A stretch of DNA of 64,000 nt from an uncultured Verrucomicrobiae bacterium (GCA_963837955.1 CAWIPH010000001.1:32001-96000); one strand, 5' to 3'; positions 39,820 to 50,334 are shown, counted from the first letter of the stretch. The notes: generated from the letters alone by a model not told the origin. Translations and numbers: made by a program.

Positions 39820-40461
39820 CTAGTTGGCTGCCGGCTGCGTCTCTTGCTTTTCGCTCTTGCTTCCCGCGAGCTTTGCCAAGAACTCATCATGGGTCATCGG
39901 ATGGGAAAACATCGGGAAATCGTGCTCAACAGCGTTCTCGTGTGCGGCTTGGTTCACCGTGGCAGCACAATCCTTGAGCGTAATCACATCATACCCAAGT
40001 TCGTAAGCGGTCCGCATAGTCGATTCGACACAGCAATTAGTCAGAAAACCGGCCAAAGCCACCGTTTCAATCTTCCGGTTTCGCAAGATAAAATCGAGGT
40101 TGGTTGAGGCAAATCCGTCCAAGCCTCGCTTCCCTTCAACGACGATGTCTTCCGGTCTCGGTTTCAGCGAATCCACGATTTGCGCTCCCCAACTCCCCTT
40201 TTCAAAAACGTCACCATCCTTGCAGCCTTTGAGGATCCCGTACGGGGCAGAGCTAATCTCCCCGAAGCCGGGAGCGAACTGGATCGGCAAATGAACGATG
40301 GTAGCGCCAGCTTTTCTCGCTTGCTCTACGGTTTGCTCGGTCTTCTGCAGCATTCCGGTGGACTGCATGACCGGCTCGACAGCCTGGTGCAATTTCCCGC
40401 CAGGCGTAGTAAAATCGTTTTGGAACTCGATAAGAACGACAGCGGTAGATGAAGGATTCAT
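39820..40461 (-). CDS. Cysteine hydrolase (isochorismatase family)
   Basis: LIEFQNDF, GKRGLDGF, GFLTNCCVESTMRTAYE. Confidence 0.9.
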   Translation of the reverse strand: MNPSSTAVVLIEFQNDFTTPGGKLHQAVEPVMQSTGMLQKTEQTVEQARKAGATIVHLPIQFAPGFGEISSAPYGILKGCKDGDVFEKGSWGAQIVDSLKPRPEDIVVEGKRGLDGFASTNLDFILRNRKIETVALAGFLTNCCVESTMRTAYELGYDVITLKDCAATVNQAAHENAVEHDFPMFSHPMTHDEFLAKLAGSKSEKQETQPAAN

Positions 40462-40591
40462 GGATCGATGGGGGTTAGAATTTGGGTCAGGCAACTTAGC
40501 TCAACTTGGCCAATACCAAAAGCTTTCAACATCACGGTGCCTCGAGGTTTTCACTGGCCCAATCATTGTCTCGCGTACAATGATGGTTCTT

Positions 40592-41128
40592 ATGGGCAAA
40601 CTTCAAGTTGCGGCAGTGATACCGCTGTTGCTCCTAAGTGGGTGCGCCCACGAGCCGATGACCGAAACAGTCCCTGTCTCTGGCGGTCAATATCTTACTT
40701 TCACTCGCGTGGGTCCCGGCTTCGTCAAAGCTGAAAACGATCGCTTCGTCGTGGACGAATCGGGACTGACGATCTATCGAACGGAGGGAAAAAATTTCGT
40801 ACGCTGGCAGTTCGCCTTAATGCCCAAACATGAAACGGTGATCGAGTTGATTAAGATCGAAGATGTCACCGAAGATCACCCAATTCCGATCCTTGAGGAT
40901 CGCGCTCCACTGATCGAAGAAAGGCGGTGGGCTCGCCAAAGCGGCCTTATCCGAGCCAACCCGCATTCAATTCCCTGGCTCTTCGAGTTCGGTCGGACCA
41001 CACGAGTATTCCGGATTACAATTAAAGAAAGAACCGGAAGGACTTCCGTTCTTTACCAGCCGGTGTTGTTTACGAGCAAAGCCAAGAAAGATTTTCGAGT
41101 GCTAATGGGCCCCGAAACACCGGCGTGA
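40592..41128 (+). CDS. Putative lipoprotein
   Basis: Lipobox LLSGC after MGKLQVAAVIPLL. Confidence 0.7.
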   Translation: MGKLQVAAVIPLLLLSGCAHEPMTETVPVSGGQYLTFTRVGPGFVKAENDRFVVDESGLTIYRTEGKNFVRWQFALMPKHETVIELIKIEDVTEDHPIPILEDRAPLIEERRWARQSGLIRANPHSIPWLFEFGRTTRVFRITIKERTGRTSVLYQPVLFTSKAKKDFRVLMGPETPA

Positions 41129-41131
41129 GGT

Positions 41132-41445
41132 GGGAACGCAACGGAACGCCGGGAGCGCACGGGAACGCCGGGAGCGCCGGGAGCTGAGAAGGGAAACCTC
41201 ACGCAAAGACCCAAAGCAATACAGGTAACCGAAAACCGGATCCTGGATCGGTAACAGCTTGTCCGATATACGCCCGCGTTCCGCATCCTGTATTCTACCT
41301 CAGCGCTCTCGTCGGCGTTCCTGGCGTTCCCGGCGTTCCCGGCGTTCCCGGCGTTCCCGGCGTTCCCGGCGTTCCCGGCGTTCCCGGCGTTCCCGGCGTT
41401 CCCGGCGTTCCCGGCGCTACCGGCGCTACCGGCGCTACCGGCGTT
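41132..41445. repeat. Inverted 9-bp tandem-array cassette 1
   Basis: About 6 GGGAACGCC/GGGAGCGCC units at 41132-41184, facing 14 GGCGTTCCC/GGCGCTACC units at 41314-41445. Confidence 0.9.
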
Positions 41446-41530
41446 GTCTGAGTCGTCTGCTAAACGCTGGACGCAACCGCCGCGAACCGATATTCCTATC
41501 ACGCTTTTTCGTGTGTCCGCCTCGGCCAAA

Positions 41531-42073
41531 ATGAGCGCCAAACTGGAAATCCATCGCAAATTTTCGATCCTTGCCTGGGCTCGCAGCGCCCACATTTGGA
41601 TTGATAATCGGGAGGTTGTCGCCATCGCGAACGGGAAAATGGCCACTGTCGATGTCGCGCCGGGCAAGCACGTCATAGCTACCAAGCTGGGAATGACTTC
41701 GGGGCGGCCTTCGACTATCGAATTCGCAGAGGGACAAACGACCCGGTTAGCTTGCAGGATTAAGATGGGCCTTTCGAACACCGCATTTGTGCTCTATCGC
41801 GAAGATGGATCTCGGTTAGCGGGAGACGCCGGCCCGGCTGGACATCATGGACCAGTCGTTTTGATTTGTGGACTCCTGGGATTCGCGGTCGGGATTATCG
41901 GACTCGCAGCAGTGATTCAGGGGATGATTGACCTGGTCAAAATGTCGAAGGGCGAGATGGATCCTTCCGGTCGGGTCCTCACGATTGTTGGCGTGATCGT
42001 TGGAGGGTTAGGATTCTTCCTCAATCTGGCTGTGATCATCGCGATGTTCGTTTTTCACTATTCGCCTTTGTAG
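41531..42073 (+). CDS. Membrane protein with N-terminal beta domain and DUF4190-like C-terminal TM pair
   Basis: VDVAPGKHVI; GMIDLVKMSKGEMDPSGRVLTIVG. Confidence 0.65.
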   Translation: MSAKLEIHRKFSILAWARSAHIWIDNREVVAIANGKMATVDVAPGKHVIATKLGMTSGRPSTIEFAEGQTTRLACRIKMGLSNTAFVLYREDGSRLAGDAGPAGHHGPVVLICGLLGFAVGIIGLAAVIQGMIDLVKMSKGEMDPSGRVLTIVGVIVGGLGFFLNLAVIIAMFVFHYSPL

Positions 42074-42262
42074 CCTGACGCTCCAGCCTCAGGGAGTGTG
42101 TTGGTGATCGGTGATTAGTGATTAATTTAGTTAGTGATTGGTGAGAAGGCGGTGAGAGATTTCCGCCGAGGGTTCGCCGATAGGCATCCACCATTCACCA
42201 ATCACTTCTCACCTCTCACAATCACTGTGCCACGGGTTCCTGAGCCTGGAGGATCAGGCTAC
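42070..42262. repeat. GTAGCCTGA-family REP doublet enclosing a heptamer-armed core element
   Basis: Arms GTAGCCTGACGCTCCAGCCTCAGG (42070) and CCTGAGCCTGGAGGATCAGGCTAC (ends 42262); core shared with 62799-62877. Confidence 0.8.
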
Positions 42263-42273
42263 TATCGCCCTGG

Positions 42274-43719
42274 CTAACTGCTCATCGTTTCAGCGGTCGC
42301 CAGCTCTCCGGGTTGTTCCCCCTGGATATAGGTTCTGCCACGATAGTGACGCGCAACAAAGATAAACAAAACCGCGGTGATCAACATGAACAGAGTAAAG
42401 AACGCGTAGTGATTTGCTCCCTCCAAGTTGATCCCAATACTCTTGAGATTCGGCTTATTAAAGTCGATGGCCGAGGTGATCTGATTTCCGACGCTCACGG
42501 CAAAGAGCCACAGCGCCATTACGGCACTCTTCATCTTGGTCGGAGCTTGGGTGTAGGAGAACTCAAGCCCGGTAATTGATACCATCACTTCTCCGGCGGT
42601 GAGTAAGACATAGGCGGGTAACTGCCAGAGAATATTCGGTTTGGCTCCGCCGTCGACTTGCAGTTGGATCCACCAAAGGACGATGAACGATAGCGCAGTG
42701 AGGAATAGGCCGATGCCGATTTTGCGGAGGGGCGTAAGTGGGAAAACGCGATCAATCAACGGATAGAGGCCGTAGTTGAATATCGGCACCAGGATTAGGA
42801 TCAGGATCGGATTCATTATCTGCACCTGTTCCGGAAGCACATGAAAGCCGAACACATTGAGATCCAACTTGGTCGCCTGCAATGTCCATTCTCCGCCCGA
42901 ACTTTGATCCCATAGTGCCCAAAAAATCGCGACAAAACCGTAGACCAACGCGAGGCGGAACAGGACAGACAAACCCTCTTTGCTAAAGAACTCGCGCACA
43001 AATCCAAAACCGCCGCGCGGAATATGTACAAACTTTTTTCGACCCAACCAAAATACGATCGCCGCAACGAGCATGAGTACGCCCGGCAGAGCGAAGGCGT
43101 AATGCGGTCCAAATTTTGGATTGTTTAAGAGGATCGGGCAGAGCCAGGTCGAAAATGTAGAGCCGAGGTTAATCGACAGATAGAACCAGCCGAACACCTT
43201 GGACATTAGATGCTTGTTTGCCTCGCCGAATTGATCACCGACGTTTGCGGAAACGCATGGCTTAATGCCACCTGCTCCGATCGCAATCAAACTCAGACCC
43301 AGGAAGAGACCGAGCCGAGTGTCATTCAAAGCAAGCGATAAATGTCCAAGACAGTAGACGATCGAGAGGTAGAAGATCGTCCGATATTTGCCAATCAGAC
43401 CGTCGGATAGGAGCGCACCAAAAACCGGCATCCAGTAAACCGCAGAAACAAATTGGTGGAACCAGCCGGCAGCCTCGTCCTCGCCCATGACCGCTCGCTG
43501 GCCGGCAGCATTCATGAGGTAGGTTGTCATGAATACGGCCAGAATGGCCCTCATCCCGTAAAAACTGAATCGCTCCGCGGCCTCGTTCCCGATGATGTAG
43601 GGAACTCCTACCGGCACTTTCGGATCAGTCTGATCGGGCACCGTCCGGTACTTAGGCTGCTTGGCCGGACGCGTAGCAGAGTTGCTCGAACCGGGGGGTC
43701 GCCCCGCTATTTGCGACAT
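42274..43719 (-). CDS. POT/PTR family proton-dependent oligopeptide transporter
   Basis: NEAAERFSFYGMR, GGIKPCVSANVGDQF, FYLSINLGS, GLEFSYTQAP. Confidence 0.93.
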   Translation of the reverse strand: MSQIAGRPPGSSNSATRPAKQPKYRTVPDQTDPKVPVGVPYIIGNEAAERFSFYGMRAILAVFMTTYLMNAAGQRAVMGEDEAAGWFHQFVSAVYWMPVFGALLSDGLIGKYRTIFYLSIVYCLGHLSLALNDTRLGLFLGLSLIAIGAGGIKPCVSANVGDQFGEANKHLMSKVFGWFYLSINLGSTFSTWLCPILLNNPKFGPHYAFALPGVLMLVAAIVFWLGRKKFVHIPRGGFGFVREFFSKEGLSVLFRLALVYGFVAIFWALWDQSSGGEWTLQATKLDLNVFGFHVLPEQVQIMNPILILILVPIFNYGLYPLIDRVFPLTPLRKIGIGLFLTALSFIVLWWIQLQVDGGAKPNILWQLPAYVLLTAGEVMVSITGLEFSYTQAPTKMKSAVMALWLFAVSVGNQITSAIDFNKPNLKSIGINLEGANHYAFFTLFMLITAVLFIFVARHYRGRTYIQGEQPGELATAETMSS

Positions 43720-43819
43720 AAATTCACCATGTTCAGCGTTTACTAAGAAATTGCAACGCAGGAGTCTTGTTCGTCGCCCGCAAAATCAATTAACATCACT
43801 TCGCTACCTCCGGTTCCCT

Positions 43820-44434
43820 ATGTTGCACCTGATCAATCATCCGCTTTGTTCGCACATTGTCACTCATTTGCGTGACCGCACGACTAAGCCGGTCACTTTT
43901 CGAACCTTGACCTACCAGATTAGCATCTTGTTAGCCATCGAGGCTACGCGCGACTTAGCGACTAGGCGCTCCACGATCGAAACTCCATTGGAAACCCACG
44001 AAGGCACTGTTCTGGCTCAAGGGCTTGTTATTGTGCCGATCCTTCGAGCCGGTATCGGAATGGTCCAGCCGTTTACGGATCTTTTTCCGGACATTCAGGT
44101 CGGCTATGTCGGCCTTGAGCGCGACCACGAAACCGCAGTTGCCCGAAACTATTATAGCAAGTTGCCTTCGCTCGAGCAAAAAAGGGTTTTGCTTCTTGAC
44201 CCGATGTTGGCAACGGGAGGCTCGGCTGTACAAGCCATTCAGCTGTTGAAGGCCAATGGCGTGCAAAACTGTGCAGTCGCTTGTGTGGTAGCAGCTCCGG
44301 AAGGTGTACAAGCCGTAGAAGCGGTTGACCGAAATATCACTATTTATGCCGCGGCCCTGGACCGCGAGCTCAACGAAAAGAAGTATATACTGCCAGGCCT
44401 GGGAGACTTCGGCGATCGCCTCTACGGGACGTAG
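43820..44434 (+). CDS. upp: Uracil phosphoribosyltransferase
   Basis: VPILRAGIGM, LDPMLATGGS, YILPGLGDFGDRLYGT. Confidence 0.96.
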   Translation: MLHLINHPLCSHIVTHLRDRTTKPVTFRTLTYQISILLAIEATRDLATRRSTIETPLETHEGTVLAQGLVIVPILRAGIGMVQPFTDLFPDIQVGYVGLERDHETAVARNYYSKLPSLEQKRVLLLDPMLATGGSAVQAIQLLKANGVQNCAVACVVAAPEGVQAVEAVDRNITIYAAALDRELNEKKYILPGLGDFGDRLYGT

Positions 44435-44541
44435 AGCCGGAATGCACAAGGGAAGCCCAATCCTCATGCGTTTTTGCGACTAACGCCGTGTGTAATTTCT
44501 CCACCGCAGAGTGGAGTTCACTGAGCGTACCGACTAAATGC

Positions 44542-44754
44542 CTATTTTTTGTGTCTCTTGAGGAGTTCGCTTAGTGATGACGCCTTTTCTCGCTTAAGTA
44601 AGTTTTCCAGCTTCATGTCACCGCGAACACCAGGGGCGAAATCTTGCCCGTAAGTCTTTCGCAGGTTGCGAACCAGCGTGTTGCCATGTTTTTTGTCAAT
44701 CTGGCCGCCCTTGTCACGACTCCGGCCATCCAGGCCTTTGGGATTCTTAGTCAT
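44542..44754 (-). CDS. Small basic conserved hypothetical protein
   Basis: GLDGRSRDKGGQIDKKHGNTLV..LRKTYGQDFAPG.RGDMKL. Confidence 0.7.
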   Translation of the reverse strand: MTKNPKGLDGRSRDKGGQIDKKHGNTLVRNLRKTYGQDFAPGVRGDMKLENLLKREKASSLSELLKRHKK

Positions 44755-44946
44755 GGCAAGCGATTGTACTCGCAAGCTACTACTTGGGTCGAGATTCTTC
44801 TTAGGCTCCATGGGAAATCCGTGCCATTTCTGGCTCGGTTGACTTTTCGTTATGATTCCAACTTCTAACTTGCAACCCGTTTAGGCTTGCCAACCTGTTT
44901 AAGTTCTTCGGATAGTCATGGAAAATCATCGTTTCTTTCACCTGCG

Positions 44947-46515
44947 ATGTCGGACGAGCCGGATAGTAGCGCGGTGCAGCGGTTACGCATCCTGCACATT
45001 GAGGACTCGGAGGCAGATTCATTGCTCGTACGGCAATTACTGATTCGAGAGGGCTTTGATTGCCAAATCGATCGGGTTGAGACGCGCGAACAGCTGGAAG
45101 AAGCGCTTCGCGACACCTCATTTGATTTGATATTGGCTGACTGCAAGCTACCGCGGTTCAGCGGTCTGGAAGCATTGGCCCTGGCCCGCTCTTTGTACCC
45201 GAATCTTCCGTTCGTGTTTGTTTCTGGCACAATCGGCGATGAGGCGGCCATTGAATCTTTGCGGAGTGGCGCCACCGACTATGTTTTGAAAGACCGGCTT
45301 TCCCGCTTAGTCCCAGCGGTCATCCGTGCCCTCACTGACGCGAAGAATCGCGCCAGTTTTGAGCGGATGGAAAAGCGCTTGAGCGAGGCGCAGCGCCTCG
45401 AGGCTATCGGCACACTGGCCGGCGGAGTCGCACACGATTTCAACAATTTGCTGACGATTATCTCTGCTAACGCCAGTTTGTTGCGACGAGCCAACGATCA
45501 GCCGGCCAAAATCCTGTCGGTGGCTGAAACGATCGATCGGGCGGTTCAACGTGGATCCGAACTGGTTCGGGGACTGCTCGTATTCGCTCACCAGGGAGAG
45601 ACGAGTTTGGGTCTGATAGACATCGCCAACCAAGTGCAGGACACAATTGGAATGCTGCACGCGACCTTCCCGGAGAATATCTCCATCATTCAAGATTTCC
45701 CGCGAGATTTGCCGCAAATATTGGCAGATCCAGCCCAGATAGATCGTGTTTTCATAAATCTCCTGACAAATGCACGCGACGCGATGCCGAATGGCGGTAC
45801 CATTACTGTCAAAATAAGCGCTGTTCTCGCTGGACCGTTCCCCGACCAACCAAGAGAAGTAGCTAAAGAGTACCTCAGAGTTGAGGTCATCGATACCGGC
45901 ATTGGAATGGAGGAATCGGTGAGGCAGCATATTTTCGAGCCTTTTTTTACGACCAAGGCGCCTGGCAAAGGTACTGGCTTGGGTCTCCCGGTAGTTTATG
46001 GACTGATGCAGAGCCATCAAGGATTTGTGGATGTGAAATCTCAGCCCGATTTGGGGACAACTTTTACTCTTTTCTTCCCGGTTCCTTCACCGGGTGAGCG
46101 AGCGATAATCGAAGAGAGCGAGTCGCTGCCAATCCATTCCAGCGGTTCGGAAACGATCCTCGTCATTGAAGATGAATCCGATGTCGGCAAGTTTCTGGAA
46201 ACCCTCTTTGCTTTGAGCGGTTATACGGTGTTGCTGGCCAAAGATAGTCAGACAGCGCTCGAACTCTTTTCCGTACGCCGAGAAGAAATCCAGCTTGTGT
46301 TCTCGGATGTCGACTTGACCAAGGCTGACGGCTTCGCTCTGTGTACCCGCTTGAAAGAGCTGAAGCCGAGCTTAAAGGTCATTCTGACCAGCGGGCATAT
46401 TGATCGATCAATTGAAGAGCGTCGGAAGCAGTACGGAATTGATGCTTTTGTGCCAAAGCCGTATAACCCCCAAGAGGTAGTGCGCAGGGTGAGAGCCGCT
46501 CTCGATCGAATCTAG
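44947..46515 (+). CDS. Hybrid histidine kinase (REC-HisKA-HATPase-REC)
   Basis: [51 protein letters not shown]. Confidence 0.93.
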   Translation: MSDEPDSSAVQRLRILHIEDSEADSLLVRQLLIREGFDCQIDRVETREQLEEALRDTSFDLILADCKLPRFSGLEALALARSLYPNLPFVFVSGTIGDEAAIESLRSGATDYVLKDRLSRLVPAVIRALTDAKNRASFERMEKRLSEAQRLEAIGTLAGGVAHDFNNLLTIISANASLLRRANDQPAKILSVAETIDRAVQRGSELVRGLLVFAHQGETSLGLIDIANQVQDTIGMLHATFPENISIIQDFPRDLPQILADPAQIDRVFINLLTNARDAMPNGGTITVKISAVLAGPFPDQPREVAKEYLRVEVIDTGIGMEESVRQHIFEPFFTTKAPGKGTGLGLPVVYGLMQSHQGFVDVKSQPDLGTTFTLFFPVPSPGERAIIEESESLPIHSSGSETILVIEDESDVGKFLETLFALSGYTVLLAKDSQTALELFSVRREEIQLVFSDVDLTKADGFALCTRLKELKPSLKVILTSGHIDRSIEERRKQYGIDAFVPKPYNPQEVVRRVRAALDRI

Positions 46516-46618
46516 TCAACGGGAAAACGTTGCAGGCTGCCGGCAAGATCTTTGGGAATGTTTCCGCGTCAGCAGCTACCTATTGCTGGATCCCGGATTA
46601 TGCTCTACCACGCCCGTC

Positions 46619-47218
46619 TCACCGCTTCCGAAGCAAACGAACTATCTCTCGACCTTCTCGTCCTGCATATGAGGTCGTCGGTTGCTCTTCCTGCAAAAGC
46701 TGAAATTGTGGCAAGAAAAGGTGATTCAATTCTTCAAGTGAAACACCGAAAGGAGGACCACCCTCCGGAGGCGCCTCACCCGGATCCCAAGGATCGAGAT
46801 AGAAAATGCCAAGGATCTGACCTGACCCGCGAAGGGCGGTAGTTAGTGCGCCAACGTAATCGGCCCGTTGCTCAGGCAAGATCGCGCAGAAACAAGTGTG
46901 CTCAAACACCCAATCGAATCGGCCAGTTAAATCCGGTGGCAAGCGAAACAGATCTCCGCAGATATAACTCTCCTTCCCGGACTGCGGGTACAGTTTGGCT
47001 CGGGCCAGAGCTTCCGGTGCGAGATCGAGCCCGATGACTCGAGCGTCCTTCGAAGCTCGCGCAATTGCCCGAACATCGTGGCCCAACCCGCATCCAGGAA
47101 CCAAAATTTCACCGGTCGGCGGACCATATCGTGCGATCCAGGAAAGGAGCGGCGGTGCTGCCGCTCCTTTCTCCCATGGCGTGTCGCCCACTCTGTAACG
47201 TTCGTTCCAATCCGTCAC
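46619..47218 (-). CDS. Thiopurine/thiol S-methyltransferase family
   Basis: DWNERY..GDTPWE, LVPGCGLGHD, FEHTCFCAI, GPPFG. Confidence 0.88.
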   Translation of the reverse strand: MTDWNERYRVGDTPWEKGAAAPPLLSWIARYGPPTGEILVPGCGLGHDVRAIARASKDARVIGLDLAPEALARAKLYPQSGKESYICGDLFRLPPDLTGRFDWVFEHTCFCAILPEQRADYVGALTTALRGSGQILGIFYLDPWDPGEAPPEGGPPFGVSLEELNHLFLPQFQLLQEEQPTTSYAGREGREIVRLLRKR

Positions 47219-47263
47219 GGTTGCAGGTTACACGTTAAAGATTGGAATTTCATCGTTTCACCG

Positions 47264-48275
47264 TTACGCCGTCTTCGCTTCTCGGCTTGGTGGCGCCATG
47301 AACTCCGGCCCGACCGGATCAGTGATTGTCTCCTGCAAGATCCGGTCGACCTCCGCATAATCTTCCGCGTCCAACTTCCAGCCGAACGCCTCATCGACTC
47401 CAGCTAGTTGCTCGGTAGATCTCGCTCCCCAGAGCGCAGTCATCGTGTCACCCCGATCTAAGATCCAGCGTATGGCAAAGGCAAGAATGCTCCGTCCGTG
47501 CCGTTTCTTGGCGTGATTGGCAATGCGATCGACAGCGGCAAGATATTGCTGGAGTCGCGGTGGTTGAAACTTGGGATCCCAACTCCTTAGATCGTCTTTA
47601 GGAAACTTCCGGTCCGCGGTCACTTTCCCCGAAAGCAATCCTCGGCAGATAGCTCCGTAGGATAGCACGATCAACCTATGCTCGAGGGAGTACGGCAGAA
47701 CATCTTTTTCAATTTCTCTCTCGAAAACGTTGTAGGGAGGTTGGGTCGTATGCAACGGGGCCACACTACGCCAACGGTCCATCTGCTCGGGAGAAAAATT
47801 ACTGCCGCCGAGCGCTAAGATTTTGCCCTGCTTTTGCAGACCAAGCAATGCTTCGGCAGTCTCTTCGATCGGGACGAGCGGATCCGGCCAATGGACCTGG
47901 TAAATATCGATGCGATCAGTCTGCAATCTACGAAGCGAATCCTCGATCTCTTTTTGAATCCGAGCAGGAGTAGAATTGCGGAACACTTTGCCATCTTCCG
48001 TCCACTCAAGCCCGACTTTCGTGGCAAGAACCAGCTCGGTCTCTCCTGCCTCCTTCGGCCAGGGCTTTGCCGACGATTTCCTCGGATCTCCCAAAGCCAT
48101 ACACCGCCGCCGTATCAATCAAGTTGATACCTTGATCGACTGCCCGCTGAATGGTTGCGATACATTCGGCTTCCTCGGAGCCTCCCCATAACCAGCCACC
48201 GATCGCCCACGTACCCAGACCGATCCGGGAAAGCGGCGTCGGGATGTTTTCACAACGAATCGTTTCTGTAGCCAT
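47264..48275 (-). pseudogene. Aldo/keto reductase split by a 1-nt frameshift near 48035-48045
   Basis: N-part GLGTWAIGG..DTAAVYG..GGRRDR is in one frame; LVLATKVGL..IDIYQVHWPD.. continues in another. Confidence 0.8.
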
Positions 48276-48400
48276 GAATTGGACTACTCGATTTTTACAG
48301 AGAGTCCAGAGCGCCTTCGGGGAATAACGCCGGCAAGCAGTGCGGATCGCATCTGGGACCATATGGGACTCATAAGTCCCATGCGACCCATGAGTCTTAT

Positions 48401-48661
48401 GGGAACGCCGAGAGCGCCGGGAACGCCGGGAACGCCGAGAGCGCCGGGAACGCCGGGAACGCCGAGAGCGCCGGGAACGCCGAGAACGCCGGGAACGCCA
48501 GGAACGCCGAGAACGCTAAGCGCCAAACGGTGAGAGGTGATTGGTGAGAAGTAAAATAAGCAAACCTGAGTTGCTTGGTGAAGGAAGACACAAGCAAACG
48601 CACTTTTGCAGGCTGTTATTCCGTTTCCGGCGTTCTCGGCGATTCCGGCGTTCTCGGCGTT
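48401..48661. repeat. Inverted 9-bp tandem-array cassette 2
   Basis: 13 GGGAACGCC/GAGAGCGCC/GAGAACGCC units at 48401-48517, facing about 4 GGCGTTCTC-type units at 48623-48661. Confidence 0.88.
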
Positions 48662-48665
48662 TAAT

Positions 48666-50207
48666 TCACTTAGCGGTCGGCATCACGAATTCCGGAGTGG
48701 ACACAAGGTCCTCTGGCCAACGGCTCGTAACGGCTTTGAGACGTGTGTAAAAGCGAACGCCTTCCGGCCCATGGATGTGATGATCGCCAAACAACGATCG
48801 CTTCCAGCCACCAAAGGAGTGAAAAGCCATCGGCACCGGGATTGGCACGTTTATCCCAACCATCCCGATCTGCACCTGTTGAGTGAAAAGTCGGGCCGCA
48901 GCCCCGTTGCGGGTGAAGATCGCCACACCATTCCCATATTCATGTTTGTTAACTAGCTCGATCGCTTCTCCGAGAGTTTGTGTCCGGACCACGGCGAGAA
49001 CCGGACCGAATATTTCTTCGCGATAGATTCGCATGGAAGGGCGAACACAATCGAAAAGAGAGCCTCCCAGGAAAAATCCTTCTTTTGGAAAGCTGGCCTC
49101 TCGACCATCAACGATCAATTCGGCTCCTTCCTTTATTCCAAGTTCGAGGTATGACCTAACGCGTTGTAAATGACTTTGGGTCACCAGGGGTCCCATCTCG
49201 GAACTATTTGCAGTGCCCGGCCCGATCCGCAGCGATTGAATCTTCGGCCGCAGGCGATCGATCAATGCGTTGGCAACTTTTTCGCCGACCGGGACTGCAA
49301 CTGAGATCGCCATGCACCGCTCGCCCGCCGACCCAAAGGCCGCCCCAATGAGGGCATCGACGGCCTGATCTAGATCGGCATCCGGGAGAACAACCAAATG
49401 ATTCTTGGCACCTCCAAGCGCTTGCACCCTTTTGCCGCGTTCGGTTGCCTGTCGATAGATCGATTCGGCAACGGGCGTGGAACCGACAAAACTTACTGCG
49501 GAAACATCCGCGTGACGAATAAGGTGGTTCACGACCTCCGCGTCGCCATGAACGACATTAAAGACTCCGTCAGGCAGGCCTGCCTCCTTGAGCAGCTCTC
49601 CGAGATGCACCGCCGTACTTGGGTCCCGTTCGCTGGGCTTTAGAACAAAGGTATTGCCGCAGGCCAAAGCAACCGGAAACATCCACATTGGGACCATGGC
49701 CGGAAAGTTAAATGGGGTAATCCCGACAACGATTCCCAAAGGTTGACGGAACGAAAAGGCATCTACACCTGTCCCAACCTGATCGGAATATTCTCCTTTA
49801 AGGAGTTGCGGAATACCGCAGGCGAACTCCACGACTTCGAGGCCGCGAATCAGTTCCCCAGTCGCATCCGGGATAGTCTTACCATGTTCTGCCGAAATGA
49901 TGCGAGCCAGGCGGCTCTGCTCGCGTTCAACTATTTCTTTGAATCGAAAAAGAATGCGGGCACGGCGCAGTGGCGCCGTGGCACTCCAAGATGGGAATTG
50001 TGCAGTCGCGGCACTGACCGCGGCATTTACCTCCTCTGGCGAAGCAAACGGAACAAATCGCGCGACTTGGCCGGTGGCTGGATTGTACACCGGCGCTTTT
50101 CGCTCGGCCCGACCGATAACCGCTTTACCGCCGATCCAATGCGGCACGACCGCGTCCGCTAGTGCCGGAATTTCGCTGGCCAGAAGGGGGGCAACTGAAT
50201 GGTTCAT
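48666..50207 (-). CDS. mmsA: CoA-acylating methylmalonate-semialdehyde dehydrogenase
   Basis: ITPFNFPAMVPMWMFP, LKPSERDP, SFVGSTP, GGAKNH, GSAGERCMAIS, EEIFGPV, FGGWKRSLFGD. Confidence 0.92.
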   Translation of the reverse strand: MNHSVAPLLASEIPALADAVVPHWIGGKAVIGRAERKAPVYNPATGQVARFVPFASPEEVNAAVSAATAQFPSWSATAPLRRARILFRFKEIVEREQSRLARIISAEHGKTIPDATGELIRGLEVVEFACGIPQLLKGEYSDQVGTGVDAFSFRQPLGIVVGITPFNFPAMVPMWMFPVALACGNTFVLKPSERDPSTAVHLGELLKEAGLPDGVFNVVHGDAEVVNHLIRHADVSAVSFVGSTPVAESIYRQATERGKRVQALGGAKNHLVVLPDADLDQAVDALIGAAFGSAGERCMAISVAVPVGEKVANALIDRLRPKIQSLRIGPGTANSSEMGPLVTQSHLQRVRSYLELGIKEGAELIVDGREASFPKEGFFLGGSLFDCVRPSMRIYREEIFGPVLAVVRTQTLGEAIELVNKHEYGNGVAIFTRNGAAARLFTQQVQIGMVGINVPIPVPMAFHSFGGWKRSLFGDHHIHGPEGVRFYTRLKAVTSRWPEDLVSTPEFVMPTAK

Positions 50208-50334
50208 AACGAGCTGTAGGAGCTGACTACAATAAAGATTGTTTTATTGAACCTGGCAAAGTTGATTTCGTTGTCACTGGTTCCCGCGCCGTCGGGCTTC
50301 GGCGCGAATGCACGCGTTTTACTCCCGGCTTGAT

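Noticed and set aside
41314..41445. CRISPR array
   Set aside because: Contiguous 9-bp units with no spacers and no cas genes.
41053..41781. ORFs with (AGN)n, (RRS)n or (PGT)n repeats here and at 48279-48603
   Set aside because: These are translations of intergenic 9-bp arrays that are stop-free in several frames; no RBS or protein-like flanks.
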